Source: Planctomycetota bacterium (GTDB lineage: Bacteria > Planctomycetota > MHYJ01 > WSZJ01). From it: a stretch of DNA of 44,880 nt. Position numbers and translations under genes: made by a program. Shown one piece after another: positions 37,662 through 44,880 of this stretch; within the stretch, counting starts at the first letter, position 1, and the number at the start of each line of letters is the position of its first letter. The notes under the pieces are model-generated. The model ran no database searches and was not told the DNA's origin. It saw only the letters and a program-made list of their open reading frames with translations. The stretch is from positions 1-44,880 of the forward strand of contig JBBTCT010000035.1 in assembly GCA_038060895.1 (NCBI GenBank). Reading direction: 5' to 3'.

Positions 37662-38915
37662 CTACCTCGACAGGGCGGCGGCGTAAAATCCGTCGGTGCC
37701 GTGACGGACCGGGTCGATGGAAAGGTCGCCGCGCGTCAAGAGGCCATCGGGTTTGACGCCGGCCCGCCGCAGGATCGCCGCGGCGTCGGCGCGACGGAAG
37801 TCGGCATGCTCGCGCAGGAACCGAGCTATCTGCTTCTCGCCCTCGACCGGGAGAAGCGAGCATACGGCGTACACGAGCCGGCCGCCCGGTTTCACGAGCG
37901 GCGCGTAGGCCGCAAGCAGTCGCGCCTGCTCTTCGACGAGCCGCGGGATGTCTTCCTCGCGCAGCTTCCAGGCGATGTCCGGGTTGCGGCGCAGCACGCC
38001 GGTGCCGGAACACGGCGCGTCGATGAGGACGACGTCGGCCTTGCCATGGAGTCGCTTGAGCAACCCCGGATCGCTTTCCAGCAGCTGGACACGCACGTTC
38101 TGCGCCCCGGCGCGGGCGGCGCGCTCGCGCAGTTCGTCGAGGCGGAAGGCGGCAGTGTCGAAAGCGTGGAGCGTGCCCCGGTTTTCCATCATCGCCGCGA
38201 GCGCGAGTGTTTTGCCGCCTGCGCCCGCGCAGCCGTCCACGACGACGTCCGCGGACCCCGGCGCGCAGAGGAACGCGACCAGCTGGCTGCCCTCGTCCTG
38301 CATCTCGAACATTCCCTGGCGGAACGCCTCCGTGCGGAAGACATTCGCGCGGTCCTCGAGCGTCATTCCCAGCGGCGAGAAACTTGCCGGCTGCGCGGCG
38401 ATCCCTTCCTGCCACAGCCATTCCGCGAGCTCGCGGGGCGAAATTTTCAGCGTGTTGGCGCGAAGCGTCACCGGCGGTTCCGTCGCGAACGAACGTAGCA
38501 GCTCGTGTCCCCCCGGGAGCATTCGCTTCATCCACTCCGGGACGAATGCATCGATTCCGCCAGTCTCCCTTTCTCCGGCGGCGATTGCGCCGCCCAGCCC
38601 CGCGGCGCGCGGCCCGACCGTCAGCCCGCGCCGCGCCCGCAGGAACACAAGCACCGCGTCCTCGTCGCGCCCCCGCGAGACATGCCTCATCGCCGCTTCC
38701 ACGAACCCGCGCGCACGCAGCATCCCCTGCACCACGTCCGCCAGGAACCCGCGTGCTTCTCCCGCCAGCCGGCCGTCTTCGCGGAACGCCCGCGCGATCA
38801 CCTTGTCCGGCGCGCCGGGCGCGTCCAGGCAGGCGCGATAGGTCGCGCCGCAAGCGCCGATGAGCCAGCGGGGCGGAAGCGGCGGACGGCGGGTGGGGCG
38901 GGATTTCCGTGGCAT
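37662..38915 (-). CDS. RsmB/NOP family RNA m5C methyltransferase
   Basis: LRANTLK, QDEGSQLVA, DGCAGAGGKT, DAPCSGTGVLRRNPD, YAVCS, TDGFY. Confidence 0.92.
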   Translation of the reverse strand: MPRKSRPTRRPPLPPRWLIGACGATYRACLDAPGAPDKVIARAFREDGRLAGEARGFLADVVQGMLRARGFVEAAMRHVSRGRDEDAVLVFLRARRGLTVGPRAAGLGGAIAAGERETGGIDAFVPEWMKRMLPGGHELLRSFATEPPVTLRANTLKISPRELAEWLWQEGIAAQPASFSPLGMTLEDRANVFRTEAFRQGMFEMQDEGSQLVAFLCAPGSADVVVDGCAGAGGKTLALAAMMENRGTLHAFDTAAFRLDELRERAARAGAQNVRVQLLESDPGLLKRLHGKADVVLIDAPCSGTGVLRRNPDIAWKLREEDIPRLVEEQARLLAAYAPLVKPGGRLVYAVCSLLPVEGEKQIARFLREHADFRRADAAAILRRAGVKPDGLLTRGDLSIDPVRHGTDGFYAAALSR

Positions 38916-38956
38916 CAGGGGCGAGATGCTAAGGACAGGGAGCGCCGCGCGAAAGG

Positions 38957-40186
38957 TCAGGGTTTCAGCGCGATCTTCGCGAGGGGCGCCCCGGAGAAGT
39001 CCCTTCGGGTCTCGACCCATTCGAGCGCGACGCGAAGCGTTCGCTTCACGTCGCCCTGGAACGCCGGTTCGCCTTCAACCAGGACGGTAACGGGCTTGTC
39101 GAGATCGACGAGCGCGTCCGAGAGCACGATCTCCGCGGGGCGCGCGCCGGAGATCCTGATCTCGTTTCCCTCGACTTTGGCCGTGAACGCGGCCGTGGCG
39201 GATTTCGAGGACGGATCGATCCAGAAGAATCCGCCTTCGGTCCGCGCGCCGTCGCGGCTCCAGCGGACGTCCTTCGACCAGAAAGTGCGCGGCCGCACTG
39301 CGAGCCACGCCAGCGACTTGTCGCACTCGTCGGCGTAGACGTCGTGGCCGCCTTCCTTCTCGACGATCTGGAGCGGTCCGCCGGCTTCCTTCAGCCTCTC
39401 GCTGTTCTTGCGGCCGGTGGAGAGGAAGAACTCGTTGTCCTTCTTCCCGAGCACGTGATAGACGGCGAAATTCCAGGCGTTTTTCAGCCGGTCGCCGTGC
39501 TCCATCCCGCACACGAACGGCGCGATTCCCGCGAAGAGGTCCGCGTTCGGCGGGCCGACCATGAAGGAGCCGACGCCGCCGGCCGAATGCCCCACGAGAA
39601 ACAGGCGCGACCGGTCCACGCTCCAACGCTTCGCCGCCGCTTCGATCGTCTCCATCACGATCCGCGTGGGGTCGCCGATCCAGCCCGGTGAGCAGAGAAT
39701 CAGCTTTTGCTTTGCGGCGGGGCCGGTCCAGTACGAGTGTTCCTGCGGAGCGGTCACGAACGCAGTCTTGAAGTCGGGGGCGGGGCCCCCATGAAGCGCG
39801 ATGGCGAGCCCGGGCGGCTTGTCCTTTCCGGGCTTGTATCCCGGCGGAAGCTGAAACCAGGCCTTCGTCGTCTCGCCGTCCTTGCCGGTCGGAACTTCCA
39901 GGACGCCGGAGTTCGTCTTGTCGGTGAGGAACGGGTTTCCGGCGGAGAGCGTGTTGAGGAGCGCCTGCGCCTGAGCCTTCGTCAGCGGCCGGTCGAGCAC
40001 GTCGCGCGACTCGAGCGCCTTGCGCACGTCGTCGCGCGCCTTGCCCTCCGCCCAGAGCCATGCCGGCGCGAGGCGGATCGCTTCCGCAAGTTCCCTGGCG
40101 GATTGCGCTTCGGACTTCTTCGGAGCTTCTTCCGCTGCAGCTGCGAGCGCTAGCAGGGGCAGAAGGACGACGGTCATCAGTCGCAT
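38957..40186 (-). CDS. Exported alpha/beta hydrolase (esterase/peptidase-like)
   Basis: Signal peptide; IALHGG oxyanion motif, GHSAGG nucleophile, GKKD and GGH triad positions. Confidence 0.8.
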   Translation of the reverse strand: MRLMTVVLLPLLALAAAAEEAPKKSEAQSARELAEAIRLAPAWLWAEGKARDDVRKALESRDVLDRPLTKAQAQALLNTLSAGNPFLTDKTNSGVLEVPTGKDGETTKAWFQLPPGYKPGKDKPPGLAIALHGGPAPDFKTAFVTAPQEHSYWTGPAAKQKLILCSPGWIGDPTRIVMETIEAAAKRWSVDRSRLFLVGHSAGGVGSFMVGPPNADLFAGIAPFVCGMEHGDRLKNAWNFAVYHVLGKKDNEFFLSTGRKNSERLKEAGGPLQIVEKEGGHDVYADECDKSLAWLAVRPRTFWSKDVRWSRDGARTEGGFFWIDPSSKSATAAFTAKVEGNEIRISGARPAEIVLSDALVDLDKPVTVLVEGEPAFQGDVKRTLRVALEWVETRRDFSGAPLAKIALKP

Positions 40187-40299
40187 GGCTCACTTCCTGA
40201 ATCTGGCCGCGGTAGCCTCACCCGATGCTACGCCGTGACGGGGCGGGGGATTCCAGGAAAGCGCGACTTGCGCTGAAACCCGTTTTCTGCAGGGAGCGC

Positions 40300-40348
40300 T
40301 TGACTCTCAATCAGCGGCGGTTTAGAATGTGAGTGAGCGTTCACTCGC
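40300..40348 (+). promoter_or_regulatory. Sigma70 promoter with palindromic operator (copy 2)
   Basis: TTGACT-N17-TAGAAT followed directly by GTGAGTGAGCGTTCACTCGC (40329-40348), 17/20 identical to copy 1 and in the same position. Confidence 0.85.
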
Positions 40349-40435
40349 TATCTGGGTTCCTTCGACTTTCGGTCTTCCGTCCCTACAATGCCCGCGCATC
40401 GGTCGCTTCCGGCTCCCATTCCGAGGGATTTCCAG

Positions 40436-41839
40436 ATGCCCGACCTCGCCCCGCCGCTCGCCGAGACCATTCCGATCGACCAGCGCCTTGGGTTGCCGCC
40501 GCGCCAGGCAAGGCTTTACAACAAGCTGCCCGACGGCCGCGTCCAGTGCTTCCTCTGCCCCCGCCACTGCAACCTCGCGCCGGACCGGTATGGATTCTGC
40601 AAGGTCCGCAAGAATCTCGACGGCGAACTCGTCACCCTGAATTACGGCGTCTCAGTCCAGCTCACCGAGGAAGTTATCGAGACCGAAGCGGTGAATCACT
40701 TCCGCCCCGGCGCGCGCATCCTCTCGCTCGGAAACGTCGGGTGCATGATGCGCTGCGAGTTCTGCCAGAACTGGGCGACGTCGCAGGCGGCGTACGTGCG
40801 AGAAGAGGACGTCCGCCGGTACACGCCGGAAGAAGTCGTCGAGACGGCGCTGGCCCACGGCATCGGCGTGCTCTCATGGACCTACAACGACCCCGTCGTC
40901 TGGCACGAGTTCGTGATCGACACGGCACGGTTGGCGCGGAAGCACGGCATTCTCAACCTCTTCAAGTCCGCGTTCTACATCGGGCCCGAAGCCGTCGACG
41001 AACTCCACGAAGTCATCGACATCTTCAGCCTGTCGCTCAAGTCGATGGACCCGGTTTTCTACACGAAGATGACCCGGGCACGGCTGGAGCCTGTCCTTGA
41101 GGCCATCAAACAGGTGCGGCGGTTCGGCGATTGCCACCTGGAAATCAGCAACCTCCTGGTCACGGGCGCCAACGACACGCTCGCAGACGCGGAAAAAGTC
41201 GCGCGCTGGATGCTCGACGAACTGGGCGACGATGTCCCGCTGCACTACGTTCGCTTCCATCCAGCGTTCGAGTACACCGCCGTCGGCCGTACGGACATCG
41301 GCCTGCTGAAGGCAGCGCGCGAGCAGGCGTTGCAGATGGGCGTGAAGCACTGCTACCTAGGCAACGTTTTCGAAACGGGCCCGTGGTCCGACACGGCCTG
41401 CCGGAAGTGTGGCGAGATCCTGGTGAAGCGGTTCGGGCTGCGCTCGTCAACGCCGGGGCTCGACGGGGAAGGGCACTGCCGCGGGTGCGGCGGGAAGTCG
41501 TCGGTGACGGTCGCGCCGGCGGGAGCCGCGCCGAAGGTGTCGGCCGCGACGTTCCCGCGGCAGATCACGCGCCTCTGGTCGGGAGAGATCGGCTCCGGTC
41601 ACGTGGAAGTCCTGAACCTGACGGATTCGCCGCAATCTGTCGTCCTGCGCCGCGACCTGCGGGACCAGGCGGGCGAAGTCATCCCGCTCCGGCCCGGCGA
41701 GCAGTGGCGCTTCCTTGTCTCCCGCGAGCGCCCCGATTCTCCCGGCGTCGCACTTCATCACACGGACGGCGTCCGCGTGGACTGCTGGGACGTCCTCGAT
41801 CGCGCGCATTTCCCCACCGCGCAGGAGATGAACCGATGA
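40436..41839 (+). CDS. Radical SAM enzyme, AmmeMemoRadiSam-like, with C-terminal extension
   Basis: N-terminal CFLCPRHC...GFCKVR, CMMRCEFCQNW (CxxxCxxC), WTYNDP, RFHP, YLGNV, CRKC and CRGC; GAGGG SD before ATG 40436 (alternative 40388). Confidence 0.88.
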   Translation: MPDLAPPLAETIPIDQRLGLPPRQARLYNKLPDGRVQCFLCPRHCNLAPDRYGFCKVRKNLDGELVTLNYGVSVQLTEEVIETEAVNHFRPGARILSLGNVGCMMRCEFCQNWATSQAAYVREEDVRRYTPEEVVETALAHGIGVLSWTYNDPVVWHEFVIDTARLARKHGILNLFKSAFYIGPEAVDELHEVIDIFSLSLKSMDPVFYTKMTRARLEPVLEAIKQVRRFGDCHLEISNLLVTGANDTLADAEKVARWMLDELGDDVPLHYVRFHPAFEYTAVGRTDIGLLKAAREQALQMGVKHCYLGNVFETGPWSDTACRKCGEILVKRFGLRSSTPGLDGEGHCRGCGGKSSVTVAPAGAAPKVSAATFPRQITRLWSGEIGSGHVEVLNLTDSPQSVVLRRDLRDQAGEVIPLRPGEQWRFLVSRERPDSPGVALHHTDGVRVDCWDVLDRAHFPTAQEMNR

Positions 41840-42981
41840 ATCCGGAAACCCGCCTGCTTCACCGGAAAGTGCCCGTCGCGGGCGCCCACCCGAACGTCAC
41901 GCCGCTCTTCCAGTGCAGCTCGTTCTTTTCCGATTCGGAATGGTTCTACTCGCGCAAGTCGAACCCGAACGTCGACGAGCTGGAAGCGGCGGTCCGGGAC
42001 ATCGAAGGGTGTGCGCACGCGGTCGCGGTGGCGACGGGAATGGCGGCGCTCACGATGGCGCTTCGGCTGCTCAAGCCGGGCGACCGGCTTGCTGCGAACG
42101 CGCTCATCTACGGGTGTTCGTACCGGCTGTTCGCGGACTTCTGCGCGCACTACGGGATCGGCTTCGACGTCCTCGATTTTACGGACCCCGCCGCCGTGAG
42201 CGCGGGGATCCGGCCCGGCACGCGCATGGTCATCTTCGAGACGCCGACGAATCCGCTTCTGCGCACGGTCCCGATCGAGGCAGTCGCGCGCGAGGTCCGC
42301 GCCGCGGCGCCCGGGGCGCTGGTCGTCGTGGACAACACGTGGGCGACGCCGCTGTTCCAGAAGCCGCTCGCGCTCGGCGCCGACCTGTGCGTCGTCAGCG
42401 CCACGAAGTTCTTTTCCGGCCACAGCGACGTCATGGGCGGGCTCGTCACCACGGACCGCGCCGACCTGGCCGAGGAGATCCGGAAGATCCGTTTCTATTC
42501 CGGCTCGAACCTGGACCCGCATTCGGCGTGGCTCCTGCGACGCAGTCTGCAGACGTTCCCGATCCGCATGCGCGCGCACGCCGCGACCTTCGGGGAGATG
42601 GCGGCACACCTGCGGTCGCACCCCCGCGTCCGCCGGGTGTACGTCCCGGAAGTCGACGGCCGGCAGCTCGCGTCGTACGGCGGGATTCTCTTCATCGAAC
42701 TCGACCCGGCGCTCGAGCCCGCGGTCGAGGCGTTCATGGATTCGCTGAAGCTGTTCGAGCGCGGGACTTCGATGGCGAGCGTCGTCTCCGCGGTGGCGCA
42801 GCCGTGGAGCGGGAGCCACCTGTCCATGACCGCCGAAGAAAAGCTCGGCGCGGGGATCGGGAAAACGCTCGTGCGGCTCTGCTTCGGGCTCGAGGATCCG
42901 GCCGATCTCAAGGCCGACCTGACGCAGGCGCTCGACAAGGCCGGCGTAACGCCGCCCGCCGCCGCGGGAGTCAAAGCATGA
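41836..42981 (+). CDS. PLP-dependent Cys/Met metabolism enzyme (cystathionine gamma-synthase/lyase fold)
   Basis: YSRKSNP, ATGMAA, FETPTNP, VDNTWATP, SATKFFSGHSD (PLP Lys), VRLCFGLED; ATGA overlap. Confidence 0.88.
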   Translation: MNPETRLLHRKVPVAGAHPNVTPLFQCSSFFSDSEWFYSRKSNPNVDELEAAVRDIEGCAHAVAVATGMAALTMALRLLKPGDRLAANALIYGCSYRLFADFCAHYGIGFDVLDFTDPAAVSAGIRPGTRMVIFETPTNPLLRTVPIEAVAREVRAAAPGALVVVDNTWATPLFQKPLALGADLCVVSATKFFSGHSDVMGGLVTTDRADLAEEIRKIRFYSGSNLDPHSAWLLRRSLQTFPIRMRAHAATFGEMAAHLRSHPRVRRVYVPEVDGRQLASYGGILFIELDPALEPAVEAFMDSLKLFERGTSMASVVSAVAQPWSGSHLSMTAEEKLGAGIGKTLVRLCFGLEDPADLKADLTQALDKAGVTPPAAAGVKA

Positions 42982-43760
42982 AGCGGCTGCTGCCTCTCGC
43001 CGTGTTCCCCGCCGTGCAGATCGCGTGCTTCGTCGGCGCGGGTCTCACCTGGCGGGAGTTTCCGTGGCTCGCGGGGGGACTCTTCGCCCTCTCGGTCCTC
43101 GCGCTCGACCTGACCGTGCACATTTTCCTGCACGAGTGCATCCACGCGACGCGACCTGAAGGGATGTCGTGGACGGGTTCGTTCGCGCTGACCCTGGTCG
43201 GCGGGATGCCGTTCGACGGGTACCGCCTTCACCACTACAACCACCACCGCAACGACAACGGCCCGGGAGACTGGTCGACGACATGGGCCTGGGATGCCGC
43301 GGGCGGCCGGCGGCCGCGACGCCGCTTCGCGTACGTTCTGGGGTGGCCCGCCGCGCTCGCCCGCGCCCGCGTCGCGGTGCGCGCGGAAGCGAAGGCCGGG
43401 CTGATTTCCGCCGGGATTCAACGCCGCCTGCGCTGGGAGAAGATCTTCCTCGGCGTTGCGATCATCGCCCTGGCCGCGGCCGACTGGCGCTGGGCGCTCG
43501 GGTACGTCGCGATGGTCTACGGCGGCTGGGCCCTCGTGTCCGTCCACAATTTCGGCCAGCACCTGCCGATCGAAGGCCACGATCCGGCGACGAGTTTCGA
43601 GTCGCGCCTCTACAACGCGCTGCTCTTCAACAATGGCCTCCACGCCGAGCACCATGCAGACCCCGCGAAGGCCTGGTACGAAGTGAAGCCGGACCCGTCG
43701 CACCCGCGCGCCCGGGGTCCGCATCTGGTGGCGGCGTTCCGCGGGGTGGGGAAGCGATGA
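42978..43760 (+). CDS. Membrane di-iron fatty acid desaturase/hydroxylase family
   Basis: His boxes HECIH, HHYNHH, HAEHH plus TM segments; ATGA overlap. Confidence 0.85.
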   Translation: MKRLLPLAVFPAVQIACFVGAGLTWREFPWLAGGLFALSVLALDLTVHIFLHECIHATRPEGMSWTGSFALTLVGGMPFDGYRLHHYNHHRNDNGPGDWSTTWAWDAAGGRRPRRRFAYVLGWPAALARARVAVRAEAKAGLISAGIQRRLRWEKIFLGVAIIALAAADWRWALGYVAMVYGGWALVSVHNFGQHLPIEGHDPATSFESRLYNALLFNNGLHAEHHADPAKAWYEVKPDPSHPRARGPHLVAAFRGVGKR

Positions 43761-44512
43761 CCGGGGAAGCCTTCACACACATCCTCGAGCACGGCTCGCC
43801 GCGCCTGGCGTCGGTCGCGGTGCTGGCGGCGTGCGTCGCCGGGAGCTGGCTGACTCGAAGGGACGCGCGCGGATGGCCGCTGTCGCGCTCCCAGCGCGCA
43901 GGCCTGTTCGCTTCGATTCTCATCGCAGGCTTCGCCGGATGCGCGATTCCCGCGTTTCTCGCGGGCGACGTGATCGGTTCGGCAGCGCTGCTCGAATGGC
44001 GGGGCCCGAAGACGATTCTCGGCGGCATTCTCGGCGGATTCGCCGGCGCGACCGCCTTCAAGGCGCTGGCGCGCATCTCGTACGACACCAGCGACGCCTT
44101 CGCCCGTGGCACCTGCCTCATGCTCGCCATCGGCCGCCTCGGCTGCGCCGCCCGCCACTGCTGTTTCGGCATCGAAGTTCCCTCCTGGGCCGGCTGGGAC
44201 CTCGGCGACGGCGTCCAGCGCCTCCCGGTGCAGGTCCTGGAAGCCGCGCTCGTGTTCGGCCTGTTTTTGTTCCTCAACCATCTGCACCGCCGGGGTCTCG
44301 CTCACAACCGGCGCTTCTTCGTCTTCCTCCTCGGCTACGGACTCACGCGCTTCTCCCTTGAATTCCTGCGCGAGCAAGTCGCCGGCGGGTGGCTCGGGCT
44401 CGGGTTCTACCAGTGGCTAGCGCTGGCCACGGCGGGCGTCGGGGCGTTCCAGATCGTGAAGCGGTCTCCACGGCCGGCGGCGGTCGAGACGTGCGAAGGG
44501 ACGGCGGCATGA
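43757..44512 (+). CDS. Prolipoprotein diacylglyceryl transferase (Lgt)-like membrane protein, divergent
   Basis: KTILGGILGG, AIGRLGC...CCFG, PVQVLEA, YGLTRFSLEFLR, YQW; ATGA overlap. Confidence 0.75.
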   Translation: MTGEAFTHILEHGSPRLASVAVLAACVAGSWLTRRDARGWPLSRSQRAGLFASILIAGFAGCAIPAFLAGDVIGSAALLEWRGPKTILGGILGGFAGATAFKALARISYDTSDAFARGTCLMLAIGRLGCAARHCCFGIEVPSWAGWDLGDGVQRLPVQVLEAALVFGLFLFLNHLHRRGLAHNRRFFVFLLGYGLTRFSLEFLREQVAGGWLGLGFYQWLALATAGVGAFQIVKRSPRPAAVETCEGTAA

Positions 44513-44880
44513 AGCGCGTGCGATTCGAATATGCGGGTCCCGTCGCGGAGCTTGTCTCGCGCCAGATCATGGGCGAGGCGATTCCTGGATTTCACCGGCG
44601 GGCGCTCGCGGGTGCCACTGTGAGTGGAAGCGCCGATTGGGTCGTGCGGCTCGGGGAGAATCTGTTGTTCGACGCAGGCGGCCTGCAACTCCTGGCCGCG
44701 GCGCTGGCTCGCTACGAAGGCCCGGCGGACCGCCTCGAGGTTCACCTCGTTCCCGACCCGATCGCCGCGCGCGACTACTACGGCCTTCAGTCCGGCCTGA
44801 ATCCCGACGGCACGGTCCGGCTTCCCGCGGAAGCCTTCCGAGTCACTCCGCCCCCCCGCCCCCCCCCCCCCGCCCCCCCC
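44509..44880 (+). CDS. Hypothetical protein, truncated by the right edge
   Basis: ATGA overlap with the Lgt-like stop; open frame MKRVRFEYAGPVAELVSRQIMGEAIPGFH... to the end of the window. Confidence 0.6.
   Translation, partial: MKRVRFEYAGPVAELVSRQIMGEAIPGFHRRALAGATVSGSADWVVRLGENLLFDAGGLQLLAAALARYEGPADRLEVHLVPDPIAARDYYGLQSGLNPDGTVRLPAEAFRVTPPPRPPPPAPP

Noticed and set aside
44848-44880. Poly-C tract at the right edge
   Set aside because: Likely low-quality contig-end or sequencing artefact; cannot be supported as a biological repeat.
1-44880. CRISPR array, tRNA (including tRNA-Sec), rRNA, integrase or transposase
   Set aside because: No regularly spaced direct repeats, cloverleaf signatures or recombinase motifs were recognised by eye.

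Overview
GC-rich bacterial chromosomal segment using the standard genetic code (many genes end in TGA, often as ATGA/GTGA overlaps). Gene style (HTH-receiver regulator, exported HEAT/WD40 proteins) suggests Planctomycetota, but that is inference. Housekeeping content: a YprA/MrfA-type helicase (truncated by the left edge), a Xanthomonas-type arginine pathway (argG-argB(NAGS/K)-argC-HEAT-argH, with a distant N-acetylornithine carbamoyltransferase), an MlaE/F/D plus lipoprotein ABC system, an orphan DNA methyltransferase, msrB, an old yellow enzyme and an RsmB/NOP methyltransferase. Signals not visible in the ORF track: (1) two operons 19.5 kb apart, a ynbC-D-A-B-acyltransferase phospholipid operon and an unusual radical SAM / PLP lyase / desaturase / Lgt-like operon, share the same promoter architecture (TTGACT-N17-[-10]) followed immediately by the same palindromic operator, pointing to a co-regulated, apparently uncharacterised lipid-modification system; (2) two thioredoxin-fold genes flanking msrB are split by an in-frame TGA at the first Cys of the CxxC motif and carry SECIS-like hairpins, so are probable selenoproteins; (3) a sigma54 promoter and an intrinsic terminator delimit a ~450-nt hairpin-rich region without a credible long ORF (candidate ncRNA or leader); (4) a WD40-GspG fusion, a (GGRGTT)n repeat element and two internally collapsed gene remnants. 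No rRNA, tRNA, CRISPR array or transposase was recognised.
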